From contig ONCM01000008.1 in NCBI GenBank assembly GCA_900316305.1, positions 6,991 to 70,990 of the forward strand: 64,000 nt of DNA. Reading direction: 5' to 3'. The position numbers were made by a program, and so were the translations under genes. This DNA comes from an uncultured Bacteroidales bacterium (GTDB taxonomy: Bacteria; Bacteroidota; Bacteroidia; Bacteroidales; WCHB1-69). This document shows, one piece after another, positions 46,402 through 54,130 of the stretch. The notes under the pieces are model-generated. The model worked only from the letters and a program-made list of their open reading frames with translations. It was not told the origin of the DNA and made no database searches. Within the stretch, counting starts at the first letter, position 1. The number at the start of each line of letters is the position of its first letter.

Positions 46402-46959
46402 TTAGAATTGTACTTGGAAATTGTTTTGGGAAAATTCTTGCTTTAACTTATTGAATTTATACAAGATGCTGTCATCCAGAAAATAGTCATCCATCTGGAT
46501 CACGAAACCGCCGATGAGAGAGGGCTCCACCGCCTCTTTCAGTTCGATGGTGGCGTGCGTCTGTTCGGTAAGCATCGAGACAATCTTGGACTTGAGTTCG
46601 TCGCTCAGCGGTTGTGCCGTGACAATCAATGCGGTCTTGATGTTATGGGACTGGTTGTATAACCTGAAGAAGCCCTCACAAATCATGTCCAATTCAGGCT
46701 CGCGTCTTTTCTTTAGCAGCAGGTCCGTAAACTGGTAGGTGATGTCGTGGAGCGTACCGTTGAAGACACTTTCGAAGATCTGGTGCTTCTGGTTGGGGGG
46801 CACCACAGGGTTGCGCAGCAGCATCTGCAGGTCGCGGTTCTCCTTCAGTGTGTTTGCCAACAAAGTGAGGTCGCCATACACTTCCTCCACCTGGTTTTTC
46901 TCGTTGGCAAAGTCAAACAATGACTTAGCGTATCTGTCGGATAATTTCGGGTTCTTCAT
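46402..46959 (-). CDS. atpH: F1 ATP synthase delta (OSCP) subunit
   Basis: 185 aa; OSCP-like sequence (YAKSLFDFA...) directly upstream of atpA. Confidence 0.8.
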   Translation of the reverse strand: MKNPKLSDRYAKSLFDFANEKNQVEEVYGDLTLLANTLKENRDLQMLLRNPVVPPNQKHQIFESVFNGTLHDITYQFTDLLLKKRREPELDMICEGFFRLYNQSHNIKTALIVTAQPLSDELKSKIVSMLTEQTHATIELKEAVEPSLIGGFVIQMDDYFLDDSILYKFNKLKQEFSQNNFQVQF

Positions 46960-46981
46960 CTATGAATATTAAAAGAGGCGG

Positions 46982-46989
46982 CAAATATA
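46982..46989 (-). promoter_or_regulatory. -7 box TATATTTG (atpHAG)
   Basis: TAnnTTTG on the minus strand, 22 nt upstream of the atpH ATG and 7 nt downstream of the pyrE stop. Confidence 0.6.
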
Positions 46990-46996
46990 CAAAATT

Positions 46997-47572
46997 TTAC
47001 ATTTTCCGGCTGCCGGGTTTCACGAAGGGGAGACCCTGTTTGCAGAGCGGACAATCCTCCACAGCCCAGTTCTGGATGTTGAGTTTGGTCGCGCTATAGA
47101 CTGGATAGGGGAAGGAGCCGTCGCTGCGGTCGGCAATACAGCAGACGCCGATGACCTCAGCGCCGAAAGCTTTCAGCACCTCGATGGTTTCCAGCGAGGA
47201 TTTGCCGGTGGTGACCACGTCTTCGGAGATGAGGAGTTTCATGCCGGGTTTGACCTCGAAACCGCGACGCAGGCACATGATGTTATCGACGCGTTCGGTG
47301 AAGATGGCCGGTACGCCCAGCTGACGACCCAGTTCGTAGGCCACGATGATGCCACCCATGGCGGGACCCACCACCATATCCACATGCAGATCCTTCACCT
47401 GCTCTGTGATTTTCGCAATCACACGCTCGGCTCTGTCCGGGTATTGCAACAGCTTAGCACATTGACAATAGCGGTCGCTGTGACGGCCGGATGAGAGGAG
47501 GAAATGTCCTTCCAGCAGCGCTTCAGACTGCTTCAATTCTTCGATTACCATATTTGTATTTTCTTCATTCAT
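46997..47572 (-). CDS. pyrE: Orotate phosphoribosyltransferase
   Basis: [14 protein letters not shown] and PRPP loop [13 protein letters not shown]. Confidence 0.88.
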   Translation of the reverse strand: MNEENTNMVIEELKQSEALLEGHFLLSSGRHSDRYCQCAKLLQYPDRAERVIAKITEQVKDLHVDMVVGPAMGGIIVAYELGRQLGVPAIFTERVDNIMCLRRGFEVKPGMKLLISEDVVTTGKSSLETIEVLKAFGAEVIGVCCIADRSDGSFPYPVYSATKLNIQNWAVEDCPLCKQGLPFVKPGSRKM

Positions 47573-47610
47573 AGCGTTTTATATTAAATTTGAAAATTCA
47601 ACACGAAGCG

Positions 47611-47638
47611 CAAAGATACATAAATTACGAATACGCAC
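47611..47638 (-). promoter_or_regulatory. Promoter block GTGCGTATTCGTAATTT-A-TGTATCTTTG (pyrE)
   Basis: -7 box at 47611-47618 plus a 17-mer at 47622-47638 that is identical to 63212-63228. Confidence 0.6.
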
Positions 47639-47747
47639 AAAAAAATTTGTTATTCCAAAAAATCCAGTCTTTTTCCAGCTTCAAATTGCTAACAATCTTG
47701 TTTTTATAAATATCGTTCTTTGCAGACCCAACCACCTGTGAAAAGAG

Positions 47748-47755
47748 TATCTTTG
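47748..47755 (+). promoter_or_regulatory. -7 box TATCTTTG (giant T9SS substrate gene)
   Basis: TAnnTTTG 34 nt upstream of the start codon. Confidence 0.55.
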
Positions 47756-47789
47756 CCAGTTTTTATATTATGTTTATAAGGTGAAGTAG

Positions 47790-50700
47790 GTGATGTCTAA
47801 AGTTCGGTTTCTGATCCTGTTCCTGCTCTGTTGGTGGACGTTGGCGGCGAGAGCGGCCACGACCGCTTCCGACACCTCCTTCCATTTTGTCTGCGCCGAC
47901 CCGACGGCCATACTCACGGTTGACAGCGCACAGAGCTACCATTGGAGCACCAACGAAGCTACACGATCTATAACAGTTTCAAATGCAGGAATTTACACCG
48001 TAACTTCCACCCACTTCGACGGCAACCAGACTGTTGATACGTTCCAAGTTGCGAACATCAAAACCAACAAGGTCTCCAACATCTCCATTCCCAACATGTG
48101 TGCCGGAGGAGTTTACCCCATCACCATCGGCCACGACTCCATCAACGACATTATCATCGAATCCCACGAAGCCTCCATGGTCTTGAGCGAGACCATTTTC
48201 CTGCCCGACGGCGTCTCTTGCAATCCTTACGGATGTTCATACCGTTCCCCCCTCACTTTCACGAACTTCTCTGAAAATGACATCGTCACCTCCGTTGACG
48301 ACATCCTGTATGTACGATTGAACCTCGAACACTCATACGCAGCAGATTTGTACATCAACCTCACCTGTCCCAATGGGCAAAAAGCAGATATATTGCGGTT
48401 TGGCGGCTCATCAAACTCTAGTTGTAGCTCCAATATTCCGTTGAGTTCGAGAGGTTGGCTGTCGGGAAACAATGCCAGTGGTGGGACTGATTTTGGATTG
48501 GCGAACATCACAGGCGACTGGGACAGCAACCCCGACTGTACCCCTACTCCTTCCGGAACAGGATGGAACTACTGTTGGTCCAACAACTCAACTTACGGAT
48601 ATGTCTCTGGAGACGGAAGGATTTATCGGTCGGCAAATGTTCACGGCGGCCACTTCGATTCCTCCAATGTGGCTAACCATTCACAATTCTACCATCCCGA
48701 CCAGTCCTTTCAGGGCCTTGTGGGTTGCCCGCTGAACGGATCCTGGTACATAGAGGTGATGGACGGTTTCTCCCAGAACAATGGCTACCTGTTCGAATGG
48801 GAGCTGGCACTTGCCTCCGATGTGCAAACGGAGTATTCGGATGTGGTGCGCACTGAGTTGGATGGGCCGTGGGTGACCACCCTCAGCAACTCTTCCTTTG
48901 TGATCACCCCTCCTGCCGACCTGCCTTACGACACCACCGTCGATTACACGTTTCAATTCTTTAACGATTACGGATGCTCGTATGACACCATCGTGGCCGC
49001 CACTTTTTTTGCGAAAAGCCAGGTGATCATCGACACAATTGCCTGCGACAGCCTCCTTTGGAAAGGCAAAACCTATCGGTCAGACACTTCCTTCCTCTAT
49101 AAGTACAAGAACATTCATGGGTGCGACAGTCTTGTGACTGTCAATATACATGTGTTTCCCACACAAGCTCCCTCCATTTCTGGACCGTACTACTTCTGTC
49201 CGGACTCGTTTGCCGTACTCACTGCCAGCACTGCCGCCACATACCTTTGGAACACTGGCGACACCAGCCAATCCATCACCGTCAATGAACCGGGAACCTA
49301 TTCCGTCGTTGTCACCGACACGAACGGTTGTTCACCGGGATCATCCGCAACATTTCAGCTGTCATCAGCTGACAATCCTATTGTTGACGCATACCTGTCG
49401 GATATCACTGCCGGCGACACGCTTTGGGGCGTAATGGGGACAGTGGTTGGAGACAACTTGCAATATATCAGTCCACAAACCACCCTCCGCCGCGATGAAA
49501 CTATTTTTCTCCCCGACGGAGTGCCTTGCGATCCCTACGGGTGCTCATACCAAGCTTCGCTTGACTTTACCGGCTTTTCGGATTCCACAACCATTACGTC
49601 AGCCAACGACATCCGTTACGTCCGGTTGAAGATGGAACACTCCTATATCCGAGACCTATATATCAACTTAACCTGTCCCAATGGACAAAACGCCATCATA
49701 TTGAAAAAAGCGATTACTTCCAGCGATGCCTTCGGACAATGTATCTCCAACATCCCCTCGGACGGTCGCGGATGGCAAAGCGGCAGCAACGTCGAAGGGA
49801 AGGTACTGCTTGGATATGCCTACTACTATGCAGACAACACAGACATTTGCAATCCTAACGCGCCCACCAACCGACCCGGTACGGGCTGGAACTACTGTTG
49901 GTCGAACAACGACACGGAAGGGTTCGGTTATGCCCCCGGCGACGGCAGTTTGATATACCGTACCGCCAATTCGCATTTGCGCACGGTCTTGGGCAACAGT
50001 AGAAAAGTGGTGGATTCCTCCGATGTGGCCGCAGGGTCGCAATTCTACCATCCGGACGAGTCGTTCGACAGCTTGGTGGGATGTCCTATCAATGGCACTT
50101 GGACTGTGGAAGTAATGGACGGACTCAATCATGATAACGGGTATCTCTTTTCTTGGGAAATCTCATTTGGAGGTCAAATCACTCAGACAGAACCGCCTGC
50201 AGTTACCCAGACCCACTGTACCGGTCCATGGATTACCATGCTCACCGACTCCACCTTCTTCATCAATCCCCCTGATACCCTTGCCAATGACACGGTAGTG
50301 GGATATACCTTCACCGTTATCAATGAAATAGGATGTTCCTACGATACAACTGTTTACATAAACGTATATACGAATAAGATCACCGACTTATACGATACGG
50401 TTTTCGTCTCGGAGCTTCCCTTCGTATGGCATGGTATAACCTTCACTGGTCCGGACACCAAAGTCACCACCTCGCAGACCATTCACGGTTTGGACAGCTT
50501 GATTTACATGCACTTGTCGGTCATTTATCCGTTCGACACAGTGGTTTGCGCCAACAACCTGCCGTTATATTGGCACGGCCATACTTTCATGGGGGCAGAC
50601 ACGGTAAATCTCTCCTATCCAGTGAACGACGCAGACAGCATTGAAATCCTTGCCGTTTCGCTCATGCCCATCGACATAGACACGATACCGGTTTTCGCCT

Positions 50701-53700
50701 GTTTCGATTTTACTTGGCATGGCGCAACCTATTATCAATCTGGTGATTACACGTTCAACACCCTCAATATCCACGGCTGTGACTCCACTGTCATCCTCCA
50801 TCTTACCCTTTTCGACCTTGATACGACCCACATTCCCATAAATGCCTGTAGCAGCTATACTTGGCACGATTCTACCTATTATCAATCTGGTGATTATACC
50901 TTTGACACTCTCAATATCCACGGCTGCGATTCCACCGTCATTCTTCATCTCTCCATTTTCCATCCTGACACAACCGATATTCCCATGAGTGCCTGCGAGC
51001 AATACGTTTGGCATGATTCAACCTATTATCAATCTGGCGATTATACCTTCGACACAATCAATATCCACGGTTGTGACTCCACTGTCATCCTCCATCTCTC
51101 TCTTTTCAATACCGACACAACCCATATTCCCATGAGTGCCTGCGAGCAATACATCTGGCGAGATTCAACCTATTATCAATCTGGAGATTACACGTTTGAC
51201 ACCCTCAATATCCACGGTTGCGACTCCACCATCATTCTCCATCTCACTCTATTTAATTCCGACACAATCCATATTCCCGTGAATGCCTGCGAGTATTACA
51301 CTTGGCATGATTCAACCTATTTTCAATCTGGTGATTACATATTTGACACCCTTACTATCCATGGCTGTGATTCTACTGTCATCCTTCATCTCTCCATTTT
51401 CCACCCTGACACAACCGAAATTCCCATAAGTGCCTGCGAGCATTACACTTGGCATGATTCAACCTATTTTCAATCTGGTGATTACACGTTCGACACCCTT
51501 ACTATCCACGGTTGTGATTCCACTGTCATCCTTCATCTTACCATTTTAGAAGCTGACCAAACCTCTATTTTTGACACGGCCTGCGGGCATTTCACTTGGC
51601 ACGATGTAACTTATTACCAATCTGGCGATTACTCGTTCGACACCCTCAATATCCATGGTTGTGACTCCAGCGTTATCCTTCATTTGACCATCTACCCTAT
51701 TCCAGAGACTCATATTTTGGGGCCTGCAATTCTTTGTGCGGACTCGTTTGCCATTTTGGCTGTGGACAGTGGGTATACCTATTTGTGGAACACCGGTGAC
51801 ACCACGCGGCAGGTCACGATTACCCATCCGGGACTGTACAGTGTGCTTTGCAGAGACAGCAACAGCTGTGAAATCATCGCCACACATCGGGTGGTTTTGG
51901 CACACGCAACCCCTATCGCCGCCATGAACATTCCCACAATGTGCGCAGGTATGGATGACACGATTTCCATTGGTTATCAAACGGTTTCTACCATCGTGCT
52001 CAGCAGCATGGAGGAGGATTTGCCACTGGATTACGACACCATTACCAACGTAAGCCATGCGACTTTATCAGGGCCTTGGGTGTCCCCAATCCCCAATTCC
52101 GACACTGCTTTCCTGCTTTCACCGCCCGGCACGCTGCTGAACGACACGACTGTCCATTACGCCCTCCATTTGACAGACGACTTCGGATGTGGTTACGACA
52201 CCGCTTTCGACATACTGGTTCATGCGCATCATCTGCTCCCCATTGACACTATCGTTTGCAATGCATTTACCTGGAACGGAATCACTTACACCAGTTCTGG
52301 GCTCTACAAACAACCCGAAATAAACCCCAATGGATGTACCGACACTATTGTCATACAACTGACGGTCAACCACAGCGCTTCCTCGGAGGACACCTTGATA
52401 CTTGTCGAAAATGATCTTCCGTACTATTTTGCGCCAACAGATACTCTTTTTGGAATAGATTCACCCTCTGAGTTCCAATTCGACTATACCATACCCTCTC
52501 CACATCTTTGTGATTCAACTGTACACCAGACCGTTATCATCTACTGGAACATCGCGCAGACTTTCGACACTACGGTTTGCGCCAATGCCTTGCCTTTGAG
52601 TTGGCACGGGCACACGTTCACGGGTGCGGGCGCGGTCACCGACACCATGCACACCGTTCACAACAGCGATAGTCTGGTCACCTTGATCGTGCATGTGAAC
52701 AGTCTGGCTATTTCCACCAACATCGTCACCCATGTCAACTGTTTTGGAGACTCAACGGGTGCGGTGACGGCAACGGTGGCAGGCGGTATTGCACCGTATA
52801 ACTATCTGTGGTCCAACTCTTCCGGTACTATCATTTCCACCACACCGACGGCTGACCACCTGCCCGCTGGAACATACATTTTCCACGTCACTGATTCACT
52901 TGGATGCACTGCCCAAAATACCGAAAACGTGAACACGCTGCACGCCGAAATGCTACCGGGAAGTATTGCCAGCAATCAGGATGTGTGCAATAGCGATGAA
53001 CTACAGGGATTCACCGGCACAGTCGCTTCAGGAGGTGATAACAGTGTGTACCAATGGCAGATACACTCCCTTGACAACGCAGAATGGAGCGAGGCGCCAG
53101 GTATCCACAACACTCAAAACTACAATTTTCCACAGACGGTAATATCCTCATTTTCATTGCGGAGAGCCTGGATCAGTCAAAGTTGCGGAAGTCGGTACAG
53201 CGACACTGTTGTGGTCCATTTCTGGCCAACGCATCGGGACACCCTCACCGACCATGTCTGTCAAAACGAACCTTACACAGAGAACGGTTTTAACATTTCC
53301 GCCGACGAGACTTCCGAACCTGGCTTGCTAACGGAGGAAAACGTCTATCCTACCATGCATTGTGACAGCATTATCGTGCTGCTGCTCACCGTAAACCCCA
53401 CCTACGAAGAATCTTTCGAAGATGAGGTTTGCGAAGGGTCGAACTATACCGGACATGGATTCTACGTCAACGCCATAGAAACCATCGGAACCGAAACGCT
53501 GGATAAAACACTGACTTTACAGAGCGAACAAGGCTGCGACAGTACGCTGCGGCTTCATCTTTCCATCATTGATACGGCCGTTCACATTGTCTCCTACACC
53601 CCCGATTTTTGCGAAGAGATGTCGACACAGCTGTCTGTAGTTACGGAAATGCCTGACTACGTGTGGAGCACAGGCGAACAAACGACTCATATTACCGTAA

Positions 53701-54062
53701 CCCAACCCGGCGTTTACAGTGTTACCGCCTATCAAGGGGACTGTCTCTCCTCCAGCAGTTTCCTCATCGAAAGCTGTCCTTTCCAAATCTACCTGCCCAA
53801 CGCCATCAGCCCGTTGCCCGCGGACGGACTGAACGACTATTTCTGTATTCCAGAGTTTTATCTGAGAACCATCAACCAATTTGAAATCAGCATTTTCAAT
53901 CGTTGGGGCGACCAAGTTTTTTACTCCACGGACAAACAATTTAAATGGGATGGCGAGGTCAAAGGCAAGATATATCACAACAATGTATATAGTTATGTCA
54001 TCCGTTACACCTCGAATGTAGGAACGCCGTATATGATTACCGGAACAGTGACGGTGTTATAA
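47790..54062 (+). CDS. Giant (2090 aa) secreted repeat protein with T9SS type-B C-terminal sorting domain
   Basis: Signal peptide (GTG 47790 or ATG 47793). Two proprotein-convertase P-domain-like modules (LEHSY..DLYINLTCPNGQ ... GxWxxEVMDG), seven 49-aa tandem repeats, one SprB-type repeat (VNCFGDSTGAVTATVAGGIAPYNYLW), and a C-terminal gliding-associated CTD (YLPNAISP..DGLND...FNRWG). Confidence 0.8.
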   Translation: MMSKVRFLILFLLCWWTLAARAATTASDTSFHFVCADPTAILTVDSAQSYHWSTNEATRSITVSNAGIYTVTSTHFDGNQTVDTFQVANIKTNKVSNISIPNMCAGGVYPITIGHDSINDIIIESHEASMVLSETIFLPDGVSCNPYGCSYRSPLTFTNFSENDIVTSVDDILYVRLNLEHSYAADLYINLTCPNGQKADILRFGGSSNSSCSSNIPLSSRGWLSGNNASGGTDFGLANITGDWDSNPDCTPTPSGTGWNYCWSNNSTYGYVSGDGRIYRSANVHGGHFDSSNVANHSQFYHPDQSFQGLVGCPLNGSWYIEVMDGFSQNNGYLFEWELALASDVQTEYSDVVRTELDGPWVTTLSNSSFVITPPADLPYDTTVDYTFQFFNDYGCSYDTIVAATFFAKSQVIIDTIACDSLLWKGKTYRSDTSFLYKYKNIHGCDSLVTVNIHVFPTQAPSISGPYYFCPDSFAVLTASTAATYLWNTGDTSQSITVNEPGTYSVVVTDTNGCSPGSSATFQLSSADNPIVDAYLSDITAGDTLWGVMGTVVGDNLQYISPQTTLRRDETIFLPDGVPCDPYGCSYQASLDFTGFSDSTTITSANDIRYVRLKMEHSYIRDLYINLTCPNGQNAIILKKAITSSDAFGQCISNIPSDGRGWQSGSNVEGKVLLGYAYYYADNTDICNPNAPTNRPGTGWNYCWSNNDTEGFGYAPGDGSLIYRTANSHLRTVLGNSRKVVDSSDVAAGSQFYHPDESFDSLVGCPINGTWTVEVMDGLNHDNGYLFSWEISFGGQITQTEPPAVTQTHCTGPWITMLTDSTFFINPPDTLANDTVVGYTFTVINEIGCSYDTTVYINVYTNKITDLYDTVFVSELPFVWHGITFTGPDTKVTTSQTIHGLDSLIYMHLSVIYPFDTVVCANNLPLYWHGHTFMGADTVNLSYPVNDADSIEILAVSLMPIDIDTIPVFACFDFTWHGATYYQSGDYTFNTLNIHGCDSTVILHLTLFDLDTTHIPINACSSYTWHDSTYYQSGDYTFDTLNIHGCDSTVILHLSIFHPDTTDIPMSACEQYVWHDSTYYQSGDYTFDTINIHGCDSTVILHLSLFNTDTTHIPMSACEQYIWRDSTYYQSGDYTFDTLNIHGCDSTIILHLTLFNSDTIHIPVNACEYYTWHDSTYFQSGDYIFDTLTIHGCDSTVILHLSIFHPDTTEIPISACEHYTWHDSTYFQSGDYTFDTLTIHGCDSTVILHLTILEADQTSIFDTACGHFTWHDVTYYQSGDYSFDTLNIHGCDSSVILHLTIYPIPETHILGPAILCADSFAILAVDSGYTYLWNTGDTTRQVTITHPGLYSVLCRDSNSCEIIATHRVVLAHATPIAAMNIPTMCAGMDDTISIGYQTVSTIVLSSMEEDLPLDYDTITNVSHATLSGPWVSPIPNSDTAFLLSPPGTLLNDTTVHYALHLTDDFGCGYDTAFDILVHAHHLLPIDTIVCNAFTWNGITYTSSGLYKQPEINPNGCTDTIVIQLTVNHSASSEDTLILVENDLPYYFAPTDTLFGIDSPSEFQFDYTIPSPHLCDSTVHQTVIIYWNIAQTFDTTVCANALPLSWHGHTFTGAGAVTDTMHTVHNSDSLVTLIVHVNSLAISTNIVTHVNCFGDSTGAVTATVAGGIAPYNYLWSNSSGTIISTTPTADHLPAGTYIFHVTDSLGCTAQNTENVNTLHAEMLPGSIASNQDVCNSDELQGFTGTVASGGDNSVYQWQIHSLDNAEWSEAPGIHNTQNYNFPQTVISSFSLRRAWISQSCGSRYSDTVVVHFWPTHRDTLTDHVCQNEPYTENGFNISADETSEPGLLTEENVYPTMHCDSIIVLLLTVNPTYEESFEDEVCEGSNYTGHGFYVNAIETIGTETLDKTLTLQSEQGCDSTLRLHLSIIDTAVHIVSYTPDFCEEMSTQLSVVTEMPDYVWSTGEQTTHITVTQPGVYSVTAYQGDCLSSSSFLIESCPFQIYLPNAISPLPADGLNDYFCIPEFYLRTINQFEISIFNRWGDQVFYSTDKQFKWDGEVKGKIYHNNVYSYVIRYTSNVGTPYMITGTVTVL
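50685..51713 (+). repeat. Seven in-frame 147-bp (49-aa) tandem repeats inside the giant CDS
   Basis: Units IP..AC..Y.WHDSTYYQSGDYTFDTLNIHGCDSTVILHL..F..DTT. By eye, neighbouring units are about 85 percent identical at DNA level. Confidence 0.95.
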
Positions 54063-54073
54063 CATATTTTTTG

Positions 54074-54081
54074 TATTTTTG
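54074..54081 (+). promoter_or_regulatory. -7 box TATTTTTG (gcvP)
   Basis: TAnnTTTG 49 nt upstream of ATG 54131. Confidence 0.55.
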
Positions 54082-54130
54082 CCTTTCTTAAAAAAGATAC
54101 AAAAGTATTTATAACTAATTCATTTTCAAT

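Noticed and set aside
47573-47789. Small RNA or invertible promoter in the 217-bp region upstream of the giant gene
   Set aside because: I found only a short palindrome (TTGAAAATTCAA) and two promoter boxes. There are no flanking inverted repeats typical of invertible promoters and no GC-rich structured segment.
54063-54130. Glycine riboswitch upstream of gcvP
   Set aside because: The predicted leader is only about 45 nt and AT-rich, too short and unstructured for a glycine riboswitch aptamer.
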